Assembly (NCBI GenBank): GCA_042218325.1
Contig: JBDGRE010000019.1
Span: forward strand, 31,139 to 42,852
Direction of reading: 5' to 3'
From: Candidatus Nanohaloarchaea archaeon
GTDB lineage: Archaea; Nanohalarchaeota; Nanosalinia; Nanosalinales; Nanosalinaceae
Length of the DNA stretch: 11,714 bases
Shown one piece after another: positions 1-9,362 of this stretch. A program made the translations under genes and the position numbers. The notes below the pieces were generated by a model. That model did no database searches and was not told the origin of the DNA. It worked only from the letters and a program-made list of their open reading frames with translations. The first letter of the stretch is position 1; each line of letters starts with the position of its first letter.

Positions 1-1439
1 TCCAGGTTTTGCTTCACGGTGTTGATGAAACGGGCCGCGGTGGCTCCGTCGACCACGCGGTGGTCGTAGCTGAGCGACAGCTTGACGGTGTGCCTCGGGA
101 CGACCTCTCCTTCCACGACCTCGGCGGTCTCCTCTATCCTGCCGATTCCGAGGATGGCGACCTGCGGAGGGTTGATGATGGGTGTGAACGCCTCGCCGCC
201 TATAACACCGATGTTGGTTATCGAGAACGTGCCACCCTGCATCTCCTCCCGGGAGATCTCCCCGTTCCTCGCTCTCTCCACTTCTTCGTCTATCGCCTCA
301 GCGAGCTCTACTATGTTCCGGTCCTCCACGTCCTCGACGACAGGAACCATCAGGCCTCGCTCCGTGTCGACCGCGATGTCGAAATCGTAGTATTTCTTCC
401 TCAGGAGTTCGCCTGCCTCCCAGTCCAGCTCCGCGTTCAGGTCCGGGTACTTTTCCAGGCCCACGAGCACGGATTTCATGATGAACGGCAGGTATGTCAG
501 GTGCGCGTCGACTTCCTCCTTCTTCTCCTCCCGCAGCTCCACAAGCTCGGTCACGTCCACCTTCTCGACGTGCGTGACGTGCGGCGCGGTGAACCGGGAC
601 TCCTCCATCTTCTCCCCGATGCTCTTCCTTATGCCCGAGAGCTCGATCCGCTCGACTTCACCGCGCTCTATGCTGGAGACTTCGCCGCCGGTTTCTCCCC
701 CTGCTGAACTTTCGGCGTCCAGGACGTCCTGCCTCGTTATCTTTCCGCCCCGGCCGCTGCCGTCGATACTCGAGAGGTCGATGCCCTTCTCGCGGGCCAG
801 CTGCCGGACCGCGGGCGTCGCGTTTGCGTCAACGTTCGAGGGTGCGTGAGTTTCTTCAGGGGATCCCTGCTCCTGCTCCGGCGCTTTCTTCTTTTCGTCT
901 TCCGGTACTCTTTCGCCGCCTGTCGCGGCCTTCACATCCTGCTCTGTTACCCGGCCATCCTCTCCGCTGCCGTCGATACTCGAGAGGTCGACGCCTTTCT
1001 CCTCGGCGAGCTTCCTCACCTTCGGCAGCGCCAGTACGTCGCCGCTTGGGGCCATGCTTCGCTGGCCGTCTTGTTCCTGCGCCCCAGGTTCCTGTCTCGC
1101 TTCTTCCTCTCCGGCCTCATCCTCTTCATCAGCCGGCTGCTCTTCTGTATCCTCCGCCGGTTCCTGCTCACCGGTTTGCTGCAATCCCTCCGCGCTGCCG
1201 TCTCCGGTTTCCATCACGAGTATTACTTCGCCGACGTCGACGGTGTCGCCGGGCCCGACCTTCAACTCCTTTATCGTTCCGTCCGCCGGAGCGGGTACGT
1301 CTACGACCGCCTTGTCCGTCTCCACCTCTGCTATGGTCTGGTCTTCCTCGACCTCGTCGCCTTCCTCTATCAGCCATTCAAGAAACGTCCCCTCTGTCAC
1401 TCCTTCACCTGTATCCGGGAGCTCGAACTCCAAACTCAT
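1..1439 (-). CDS. pdhC: Dihydrolipoamide acyltransferase (E2) of 2-oxoacid/pyruvate dehydrogenase complex; 3' end runs off the left edge
   Basis: Not in the ORF track (no stop in window). Manual translation from ATG at 1439 gives MSLEFELPDTGEGVTEGTFLEWLIEEGDEVEEDQTIAEVETDKAVVDVPAP (lipoyl domain, lipoyl-Lys in ETDKA at 1311-1313), an acidic linker, two subunit-binding domains, then the catalytic domain with GGTFSITNIG, TPIINPPQVAILG and DHRVVDGA (DHRVVDG at 45-65). The frame is open to base 1. Confidence 0.95.
   Translation of the reverse strand, partial: MSLEFELPDTGEGVTEGTFLEWLIEEGDEVEEDQTIAEVETDKAVVDVPAPADGTIKELKVGPGDTVDVGEVILVMETGDGSAEGLQQTGEQEPAEDTEEQPADEEDEAGEEEARQEPGAQEQDGQRSMAPSGDVLALPKVRKLAEEKGVDLSSIDGSGEDGRVTEQDVKAATGGERVPEDEKKKAPEQEQGSPEETHAPSNVDANATPAVRQLAREKGIDLSSIDGSGRGGKITRQDVLDAESSAGGETGGEVSSIERGEVERIELSGIRKSIGEKMEESRFTAPHVTHVEKVDVTELVELREEKKEEVDAHLTYLPFIMKSVLVGLEKYPDLNAELDWEAGELLRKKYYDFDIAVDTERGLMVPVVEDVEDRNIVELAEAIDEEVERARNGEISREEMQGGTFSITNIGVIGGEAFTPIINPPQVAILGIGRIEETAEVVEGEVVPRHTVKLSLSYDHRVVDGATAARFINTVKQNL
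754..991. repeat. 28-bp perfect direct repeat (754-781 and 964-991) inside the duplicated subunit-binding domains of E2
   Basis: ccgctgccgtcgatactcgagaggtcga occurs twice, 210 nt (70 codons) apart, and encodes DLSSIDGSG in both copies. Confidence 0.9.
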
Positions 1440-1525
1440 CTGCAGAGCTTGATCATGCGTGCCGCCTTCCGCCTTCGAACATCTGTTCTCGGCTCCAGCG
1501 ACTTTCAACAGGGTTTTTCATCCTA

Positions 1526-2497
1526 TCAGAACTCCAGCGCGCGCTCCAGACCTTTTTCCAGCTTTTTCCTGTCCGGCATGAAGTAGTCCTCGAGCCTGTA
1601 AAGAGGATAGGGAACGCTTGGCGCAGTTATCCGCTCGACCGGCGCCTCCATCTTCAGCAGCGCCTCCTCCTGTATCCTCGCCGATATCTCGGCACCCATG
1701 CCGCCGGTCCGCGTCGCCTCGTGGAGCACCGCCGCTCTACCCGTTTTCTCGACGGAGTCTATCACGGTCGAGTAATCCGCGGGGTTGATGGTCCTCAGGT
1801 CCACCAATTCTATATCTGCGTCCATCTCGCTGATCTTTTCCTTCGCGAGCGGCAGCATCGCACCCCAGGTGACCAGCGTCAGGTCCTCGCCTTCCTCCAC
1901 TATATCTGCCCTGCCCAGCTCCTTTTCCTCAGCAGGGTCGACTTCTTCCTTGAACGCGCGGTATATCTTCTTCGGCTCGAGGAACAAGACCGGGTCGTCG
2001 AGCCGGATGGACTCCCGCAGGAGCGAATACGTGTCCTGCGGCGTGCCGGGACAAATGACGTGAAGCTGGGAGTGCGTGAAGAACGTTTCCGGTGATTCCT
2101 GGTGGTGCTCCAGCGCGCTTATGCCGCCGCCATATGGTGCCCTCATCGTTATCGGCACATCGTAATCACCCCGGCTCCTCGTTCTCATCCTGGAGGCGTG
2201 CTCCTTCATCTGGTGGAATGCGAGGTACGAGAAACCAGAGAACTGCATCTCGAAGACAGGTCGCATACCGTACAGGCTCATGCCGATCGCGGTGCCCGCG
2301 ATACCAGACTCGGCGAGCGGCGAGCTGAAGACCCGCTCCTCGCCGAACTCCTCCTGCAGCTCCTTCGTGGCGCGGAAGACGCCACCGTCCTCCCCGACGT
2401 CTTCCCCGTATACTATAACATCTTTATCCTGTTCCAGCTCGTCTCTCAAGGCCTCATTCACCGCCTCGACGACGTTGAGCTTCTGCGCCTCTTTCAT
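1526..2497 (-). CDS. pdhB: 2-oxoacid (pyruvate) dehydrogenase E1 beta subunit
   Basis: 323 aa; motifs GEDVGEDGGVFRAT, PLAESGIAG, RPVFEMQF, PYGGG...EHH, DPVLFLEPK, VDLRTINP, SVEKTGR. ATGA overlap with the E1alpha stop; GGTGA SD-like motif at 2504-2508. Confidence 0.95.
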   Translation of the reverse strand: MKEAQKLNVVEAVNEALRDELEQDKDVIVYGEDVGEDGGVFRATKELQEEFGEERVFSSPLAESGIAGTAIGMSLYGMRPVFEMQFSGFSYLAFHQMKEHASRMRTRSRGDYDVPITMRAPYGGGISALEHHQESPETFFTHSQLHVICPGTPQDTYSLLRESIRLDDPVLFLEPKKIYRAFKEEVDPAEEKELGRADIVEEGEDLTLVTWGAMLPLAKEKISEMDADIELVDLRTINPADYSTVIDSVEKTGRAAVLHEATRTGGMGAEISARIQEEALLKMEAPVERITAPSVPYPLYRLEDYFMPDRKKLEKGLERALEF

Positions 2498-3540
2498 CCT
2501 TCATCACCCAGGAACTCTTCTTTCTCTTTTTCCAGCATCTCCGGCATCTCGCCGTACAGGTAGTCGAACATCTCCTCCGGCTGCGGGTCGTCCATCTCCA
2601 TGGCCTTCTCCGCGGCCTCCTGCACTTTCTCTTCTGCCTCTTCCCCGTAGTCCTCGAGGGAATCATCCCAGGCGCCGTTCTCCTGCATGTACTCTCTCAG
2701 CCGCTTCAGGGGGTCTTCTTCTTTCCATTTCTCGACCTCCTCCTCGTCGCGGTACCTCGTGGAGTCGTCGCTGGTGGTGTGGTCTTCAAGCCTGTAGGTC
2801 AGCGCCTCGACAAGCACGGGCTCTCCCTTCCGCGCCTTGTCCAGCGCGTACTGCACCGCCTCGACCACTGCCAGGACATCGTTGCCGTCCATCTGGACTC
2901 CCTCGATGCCGTGGGCCAGTGCCTTCTGCGCCAGCGTCTCGCTACCGGTCTGTTTTTCCACGGGCAGGGAGATGGCGTACCGGTTGTTCTGCACCATGAA
3001 AACGGAGTGAGCATCGAAGACACCCGAAAAGTTCAGGGCCTCGTGGAAGTCGCCCTGCGAGGTGCTGCCGTCTCCCGTAAAGCCGACGACCGCGTTATCA
3101 TGCTCTTTTTTCTCCATCGCCATGCCGACTCCGGCGGTGTGCAGGTTCTGCGTTCCGACAGGTACCGCCACTGGCAACATGTTTATCTCGGACAGGCCTT
3201 TCTGTCCGTTTGCGTCGCCCATCCACCGCTGGAAAACCTTTTCGAGGGGTGCGCCGCGGGATATGAAGACCGGTGTCTCGCGGAAGCTCGGCACCGCCCA
3301 GTCATCTTCTTCCATCGCGTAAACCGCGCCGACCTGCGCTGCCTCCTGTCCCTTGTGAGGCGCGTAGGTCGATATCTCGCCTCGCCGCTGCAGAGAGAAA
3401 GCTTTCTCGTCGAACTTCCGGGCCAGCATCATCTGCCGGTAAAGCTCCTGCAGTTCCTCTTCACCGAGGTCTGTCTCGCCGTCTTTGTCCATTACCTCGA
3501 TCCGCTCGACGGTTCCCTCGTACACCTGCTCGCGTGCCAT
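2494..3540 (-). CDS. pdhA: 2-oxoacid (pyruvate) dehydrogenase E1 alpha subunit
   Basis: 348 aa; GQEAAQVG, TPP-binding GDGSTSQGDFHEALN...QNNRYAIS, DGND, TYRLEDHTTSDD..RYR. Pyruvate versus branched-chain specificity is inferred from context only. Confidence 0.93.
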   Translation of the reverse strand: MAREQVYEGTVERIEVMDKDGETDLGEEELQELYRQMMLARKFDEKAFSLQRRGEISTYAPHKGQEAAQVGAVYAMEEDDWAVPSFRETPVFISRGAPLEKVFQRWMGDANGQKGLSEINMLPVAVPVGTQNLHTAGVGMAMEKKEHDNAVVGFTGDGSTSQGDFHEALNFSGVFDAHSVFMVQNNRYAISLPVEKQTGSETLAQKALAHGIEGVQMDGNDVLAVVEAVQYALDKARKGEPVLVEALTYRLEDHTTSDDSTRYRDEEEVEKWKEEDPLKRLREYMQENGAWDDSLEDYGEEAEEKVQEAAEKAMEMDDPQPEEMFDYLYGEMPEMLEKEKEEFLGDEG

Positions 3541-3568
3541 CCTATGATATTAGAGAGCTGCCCGCTCG

Positions 3569-3616
3569 AATAAAAAGGGTCGTTTGCCACCTGCGAGTTA
3601 CGGGACCAAGTATTAA
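3569..3616. promoter_or_regulatory. Divergent archaeal promoters for pdhA (minus) and acetyl-CoA synthetase (plus)
   Basis: Minus-strand TTTTTATT at 3576-3569 (29-36 nt before pdhA ATG) and plus-strand TATTAA at 3611-3616 (25-30 nt before ATG 3641), in a 100-bp intergenic gap. Confidence 0.6.
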
Positions 3617-3640
3617 TCCGGAGCCCGGCAAAGTCCTGAC

Positions 3641-5683
3641 ATGGAGCTTGAAAAACTGTTCGAACCGGACAGGATAGCGGTGGTCGGCGCGTCCCGGGAG
3701 AAGGGCAAGACCGGCCACGAGGTTTTCCACAACCTGCTCCACGGCTTCGAGGGAGAAGTCGTGCCCGTCAACCCGAACGCCGACGAGGTCTCCGGGAAAA
3801 AAGCGCGGGACGAGGTACCGGAGGGAACGGACCTCGCGGTCGTGGTGGTGCCGGCAGAAGTCGTCCCGGACGTGCTGAGGGACGCGGGCGAAAAGGACGT
3901 GGACGCGGCCATAGTCATATCCGCCGGCTTCTCGGAGACTGGTAACACAGAGCTGGAGGAAGAGGTAAGAGGCATAGCGGAGCACGAGGGCATCGCGCTG
4001 CTCGGGCCGAACGTGCTCGGGCTGATAAACACGGAGAACTCGATGAACGCATCTTTCGCCTCCAAGATGCCGGAGGAAGGTGAGATAAGCTTCATGTCCC
4101 AGAGCGGGGCGTTCTGCACGGCTATACTCGACTACGCGAAGGCGGAGCACATCGGCTTCCGCCACTTCGTCTCGCTCGGCAACAAGGCCATGCTGAACGA
4201 GGTCGATTTTCTCGATCACTGGCAGGAAGACCCCACTAAAACAGTTATAGGATACACCGAGGGAATCGACAACGGCAGGGAGTTCCTGGAGACCGCCCGC
4301 GAGACCTCGAAAAGCATCCCTATCGTCATGGTGAAATCGGGCCGCAGCGACGAGGGCGGTGAGGCCGCGAGCTCCCACACGGGTAGCATCGCCGGCAGCT
4401 ACGAGGCGTATAAAGCCGCGTTCCGCCAGGCCGGTGTAGTCGAGGCGGAGTCGTCCCGCGAATTACTGGATTACGGCCGCAGCTTCGCCTACCAGGTCCC
4501 GCCGGAGGGAAAGAACGTGGCGGTGGTGACCAACGCGGGCGGACCCGGAGTGATAACCACGGACGAGATAGCGGAGCACGGCCTCGAGCTGCCGGAGCTC
4601 TCGGAAGAGACCAGGGGGAGGCTGGAGGAGGCACTGCCGGACGAGGCGGCGCCGGAGAACCCTGTCGACGTGATAGGCGACGCTGGCCACGACCGCTACC
4701 GGGAGGCACTTGAAGCGGTCCTGGAGGACGGGAACGTCGACTCGGTTATCGCGATACTCACGCCGCAGGCGAACACGGAGATAGACAAGACCGCGAGGAC
4801 CGTGGTCAAGGCCTCGGATGAACACTCCGGGAAACCGGTGATGGCCAGCTTCATGGGAGAAAAGGACGTCGCGAGCGGCGTCGAGATACTCGAAAAAGGG
4901 AACGTGCCTGACTTCGGGGACCCGATGGACGCGGTCAAGTCGCTGGAGGCGATGCACGGCTACAGGAAGTACCGGGAGACGGAGAAAACCTTCCGTGAGA
5001 TTGAATTAGACCGGGAGGCGGCGGAGGACGCGGTACAGGGTCTGCCCGGTTTCGACGCCCGCCAGCAGCTGTTCGACGCCTACGGCTTCACGCTACCGCT
5101 CGCGGAGGTGGCGGAGACGCCGAAGGACGCGGTCGACGCCCTCCAGAAAGTGGGGAAGCCGGCGGTCATGAAGGTCGAGGCGCCGGACATCCACCACAAG
5201 ACCGACATGGACGGTGTCCGCACAGGTCTCGGGACGAAGAAGGAGGTACGGGACGCGTTCAACGAGATATACGACAACGTGTACCACGATACGGGAGGCA
5301 AGGAGATCGACGGAATGCTTGTCCAGGAAGAGCTCTCGGGCCTCGAGGTCGCGGTCGGCATGAAGCGCGACCCGCAGTTCGGCCCGATGGTGATGGTCGG
5401 ACTCGGCGGAATCTACATCGAGGCGCTGAACGACGTCTCGTTCGGCATCGCACCGGTCAGCGAGCAGGAGGCGGAGAGGATGATACAGCAGCTGCAGAGC
5501 CACGAAATGTTCGAGGGCGTCCGCGGCGAGGAGCACTCCCTCGAGCCTGTGAAAGACGCCATCATCGCGCTCGGCCAGCTCGGCCTGGATTTTCCCGAGA
5601 TCCAGTCGGTCGACATCAACCCGCTCATCCTCCGGGAAGACAGGGCGTACGCCGCCGACGTGAAGGTGGAGTTAGACGGCTGA
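3641..5683 (+). CDS. acdAB: Acetate--CoA ligase (ADP-forming acetyl-CoA synthetase), alpha-beta fusion
   Basis: 680 aa; CoA-binding domain (IAVVGAS, PVNP, ISAGFSE, GPNVLG), SQSGA, SLGNKA, phospho-His motif ASSHTGSIAG, TNAGGPGV, NPVDVIGDA, and a C-terminal ATP-grasp domain (HKTDMDGV, RDPQFGPMVMVGLGGIYIE, DINPL). Confidence 0.95.
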   Translation: MELEKLFEPDRIAVVGASREKGKTGHEVFHNLLHGFEGEVVPVNPNADEVSGKKARDEVPEGTDLAVVVVPAEVVPDVLRDAGEKDVDAAIVISAGFSETGNTELEEEVRGIAEHEGIALLGPNVLGLINTENSMNASFASKMPEEGEISFMSQSGAFCTAILDYAKAEHIGFRHFVSLGNKAMLNEVDFLDHWQEDPTKTVIGYTEGIDNGREFLETARETSKSIPIVMVKSGRSDEGGEAASSHTGSIAGSYEAYKAAFRQAGVVEAESSRELLDYGRSFAYQVPPEGKNVAVVTNAGGPGVITTDEIAEHGLELPELSEETRGRLEEALPDEAAPENPVDVIGDAGHDRYREALEAVLEDGNVDSVIAILTPQANTEIDKTARTVVKASDEHSGKPVMASFMGEKDVASGVEILEKGNVPDFGDPMDAVKSLEAMHGYRKYRETEKTFREIELDREAAEDAVQGLPGFDARQQLFDAYGFTLPLAEVAETPKDAVDALQKVGKPAVMKVEAPDIHHKTDMDGVRTGLGTKKEVRDAFNEIYDNVYHDTGGKEIDGMLVQEELSGLEVAVGMKRDPQFGPMVMVGLGGIYIEALNDVSFGIAPVSEQEAERMIQQLQSHEMFEGVRGEEHSLEPVKDAIIALGQLGLDFPEIQSVDINPLILREDRAYAADVKVELDG

Positions 5684-5684
5684 G

Positions 5685-6110
5685 TTACTGGATCTCTACT
5701 GTTTCTACTTCACTGAGTTCGACCACCATGCTGTCCCTGAACTCTCCCATGTCCAGGAGTTCCGATGCATCCGTGTCTTCCAGAACTCCTTCTACGACCT
5801 CTTCGGTCTCTACTTCCTCCTCCATCTCCCTTCTGACCCTGTCGGCAAACTTTCGTGCTGCTTCCCTATCTGTCATCCCTGATTCGAGGGCCTGCTTCAG
5901 GTTTTCGTCCATGTACATATTCGCCAGCCCGTACACCGTGAAAGGTGTATGGCTGTCGGGAAGTTCGCCCTCCCATCTCCGCGACGAGTATCCCTCGTAG
6001 TCGGTCCTGAAACTCTGGCCCTCGTACTCCGGGACCCTGTCGGAGTAGATGAGTTCCAGCTGGTCGTCTCTTTCTAGGTAAAAACGGATCGCAGCGCTTC
6101 TTTCCACCAT
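5685..6110 (-). CDS. Hypothetical acidic protein, 141 aa
   Basis: ATG start; Glu/Asp-rich like neighbouring genes; fills the gap between acd and malic enzyme; TTTAA box 25-29 nt upstream. No family recognised. Confidence 0.75.
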   Translation of the reverse strand: MVERSAAIRFYLERDDQLELIYSDRVPEYEGQSFRTDYEGYSSRRWEGELPDSHTPFTVYGLANMYMDENLKQALESGMTDREAARKFADRVRREMEEEVETEEVVEGVLEDTDASELLDMGEFRDSMVVELSEVETVEIQ

Positions 6111-6134
6111 CGCTGCTATCTGGGTTTTTAGATG

Positions 6135-6169
6135 TTAAATCTCTTGCGGCGCAGCCCAACTGTTTAGAA
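6135..6169. promoter_or_regulatory. Divergent TATA-like boxes for the 141-aa orphan (minus) and malic enzyme (plus)
   Basis: Minus-strand TTTAA at 6139-6135 and weaker plus-strand TTTAGAA at 6163-6169, each about 23-29 nt from its ATG. Confidence 0.45.
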
Positions 6170-6191
6170 CATTACTTCCCAACAAAGTGGC

Positions 6192-7340
<1,149 letters not shown>

Positions 7341-7349
<9 letters not shown>

Positions 7350-7862
7350 GAAATCTTGGTCGGCGGGGTCTTTGACCGTTACGGAGTACTCTTCCCCGTC
7401 CTCCTCTGCAGGAGAGACAACCCTGACGGACATCGCGGATGGGTGATCCCTGACCTTCCTGATGGCGCCACCGAGTTCGTTGTTTTCGTATACCTCGTCG
7501 ACTTCCTCGCTGTCGAGCCCTCCGTCCCACCGGAACTCGATTTCGTAGGCGAGGCCTTCCATCGTCACGGTCGGCTCTATGACTGCCTCGACCTCGACCT
7601 GCTGGCCTGGTACCTCTTCTATCTTTTCAACGGCTGCTGCCGGCCCGGTGACCGCCCTGTCGTAGAAATCGAGAGTATCTTCCGGGTTCCCGAGGGAGTA
7701 TAAGACCCTGTCCGCCTGTGGCAGGCACGAAGACGGGATGCCGTCGATTTCAGGGTTCTCCGATTCCGGGTGGAGAAGACTCTTCGCCTGCTGGACTGTT
7801 ATCTCTTCCCCGCTCCCGAGTATAGCGGCGCCAAGACCTCTCGCGGTGTCGCGGTAGCCCAT
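7341..7862 (-). CDS. Hypothetical acidic protein, 173 aa
   Basis: ATG start; acidic composition; 9-bp tail-to-tail overlap with malic enzyme; TTTTAATA box with a purine-rich BRE-like run upstream. No family recognised. Confidence 0.75.
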
Positions 7863-7882
7863 AACTCCCGATTGAAGTTAAT

Positions 7883-7937
7883 TATTAAAAGTTTTTCCTT
7901 GTGGGTGGCAACAAAACAGGTCTGCGGTGGTTTAAAA
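7883..7937. promoter_or_regulatory. Divergent promoters for the 173-aa orphan (minus) and map (plus)
   Basis: Minus strand reads AAGGAAAAAC-TTTTAATA (7900-7883); plus-strand TTTAAAA at 7931-7937 lies 24-30 nt before ATG 7961. Confidence 0.65.
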
Positions 7938-7960
7938 CGCTTCGATGCGGTTCTTGCGGT

Positions 7961-8851
7961 ATGGAAAGCGAAAACCTGGAGCACTACGTCCGGGCCGGAG
8001 AGGTCATACAGCAGGCGCGGGAGAAGGCCCGCGAAGTGTCAGAACCGGGCGTTTCTCTCGAACAGATCGCGGAGAGCATCGAGCAGTTGATGCGTGATGA
8101 GGGCCTGGAGCCGGCGTTCCCCGTCAACCTTTCCGTGAACGAGGAGGCCGCGCACTACACGCCCCCGCCCGGCGGCGACCGCGTCATTAAGGAGGACGAT
8201 GTGCTGAAGATAGATATCGGCGCGCACTCGGACGGCTACATCGCGGATACCGCGTTGACGGTTAATCCTTCTGGGAAACATAGGGAGATGATAGAATCGG
8301 TCGAAGAGGTGCTTGAAGAGGCCCTGGAGTTCATCGAGCCCGGTGTCACTATTGAGGAGTTCGGGAGTTTCGTGCAGGGACAGGTGCCGGAGGATTACAA
8401 CGTCGTCAGGAACCTGACCGGCCACTACCTCGGCCGCTACACGCAGCATGCCGGGGTATCCATCCCGAACGTGGACAACGGCTCCTCGCACACTTTCGAG
8501 AAGGGCGACGCGGTCGCCATCGAACCTTTCATCACAACGGGCGCAGGCAAGGTGAAGGACGGCGCGAAAGGCAACATATACAAATTGGAGCGGGACGGTA
8601 ACGTGCGCGGAAGGCACGAGAGGAAGCTGCTCGGCGAGATAAAGGACTTCCAGGGCCTGCCTTTCACAAGCCGGTGGCTCTCGGACTTTTCCGGGAGGAA
8701 GAAGATGGCGCTGCAGAAGCTGGTCAACTCCGGCGTGGTCCACTCGTACCCGGTCCTGAAAGAGATAGAGGACGGCATGGTGGCTCAGGCCGAGCACACC
8801 GTCCTCGTCGGGGCTGACGACGGCGACAACGTAGTTACGACGCGGGACTGA
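7961..8851 (+). CDS. map: Methionine aminopeptidase type II (archaeal)
   Basis: 296 aa from ATG 7961 (MESENLEHY...); AFPVNLSVNEEAAHYTP, metal ligands in KIDIG, ADTA, LTGH, AIEPF and AQAEHT, and the type II helical insertion (GLPFTSRWL...YPVLKE). Confidence 0.96.
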   Translation: MESENLEHYVRAGEVIQQAREKAREVSEPGVSLEQIAESIEQLMRDEGLEPAFPVNLSVNEEAAHYTPPPGGDRVIKEDDVLKIDIGAHSDGYIADTALTVNPSGKHREMIESVEEVLEEALEFIEPGVTIEEFGSFVQGQVPEDYNVVRNLTGHYLGRYTQHAGVSIPNVDNGSSHTFEKGDAVAIEPFITTGAGKVKDGAKGNIYKLERDGNVRGRHERKLLGEIKDFQGLPFTSRWLSDFSGRKKMALQKLVNSGVVHSYPVLKEIEDGMVAQAEHTVLVGADDGDNVVTTRD

Positions 8852-9362
8852 CGCCGCAGGTCTCCGGGTGGCCGATATCCACCAGGAAGTAGACAACGAA
8901 CGCGATACCTGCGAGCTTGACTATGTTGCCGTTGAAAGGCAGAAGTGTTATCGCGCCCGCGAAACCGATGAGGCCGAGTATGCCGGTCCCGCATCCGGCG
9001 CAGCTTCCCACGAGGAAACCTGGTAGCGCCCCGCCAAGTGATGAGACCTGTCTTATCCCCGTGTTGCTTATTATGGCGTAAAGGTCGGTCGTGGCCACGC
9101 CCACAGCCGCGCTGTAGACCACGGTGAGTAGAAGGCCGAGATAGCCGGCTGTCGCCTGTATGTTCCATACCAGTGCGTTCACGGCCGTAAACATGGATGC
9201 CTGCGAGTTGAACATCTGGTAGGAGTACTCGGGGAAAGAACCGAGCACTAATAGCAAGAACGCGATCACGCCTACCGCTACCGTGGAGGCCGCTCTACGA
9301 GGAGATGATACAGAGTAGCCCGCCGCGTCCACGAGGTCCAGGTAGTGGTTCCGGAGGTTCAT
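8835..9362 (-). CDS. Polytopic membrane protein with CxxC (GSCAGCG) and a C-terminal Cys; putative redox partner of the upstream DsbA-family protein
   Basis: 175 aa from ATG 9362, which overlaps the upstream TGA (ATGA). About four hydrophobic segments; CAGC at 8991-9002; third Cys in PETC at 8856-8858. Function is inference. Confidence 0.8.
   Translation of the reverse strand: MNLRNHYLDLVDAAGYSVSSPRRAASTVAVGVIAFLLLVLGSFPEYSYQMFNSQASMFTAVNALVWNIQATAGYLGLLLTVVYSAAVGVATTDLYAIISNTGIRQVSSLGGALPGFLVGSCAGCGTGILGLIGFAGAITLLPFNGNIVKLAGIAFVVYFLVDIGHPETCGVSPAS

Noticed and set aside
754-991. 28-bp repeat as CRISPR repeat or mobile-element end
   Set aside because: Only two copies, in frame within a duplicated protein domain; no cas or transposase genes in the window.
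1440-1525. pdhB-pdhC spacer as a tRNA or other structured RNA
   Set aside because: Length is tRNA-like and TTCGAA is present, but I could not build an acceptor stem or cloverleaf.
9-3677. Long plus-strand ORFs (9..707, 824..2095, 846..1586, 2280..2999, 2779..3573 and others)
   Set aside because: Antisense shadows of pdhC/pdhB/pdhA in GC-rich, codon-biased DNA; no motifs and atypical composition.
3542-5628. Minus-strand ORFs within acd (3542..4378, 4463..4957, 5093..5536 etc.)
   Set aside because: Antisense shadows of a well-supported gene.
7901-7960. ORF-track N-terminal extension of MetAP containing CGSC
   Set aside because: The extension spans the TTTAAAA box at 7931-7937; ATG 7961 gives a typical archaeal MetAP II length, so the CxxC is probably not translated.
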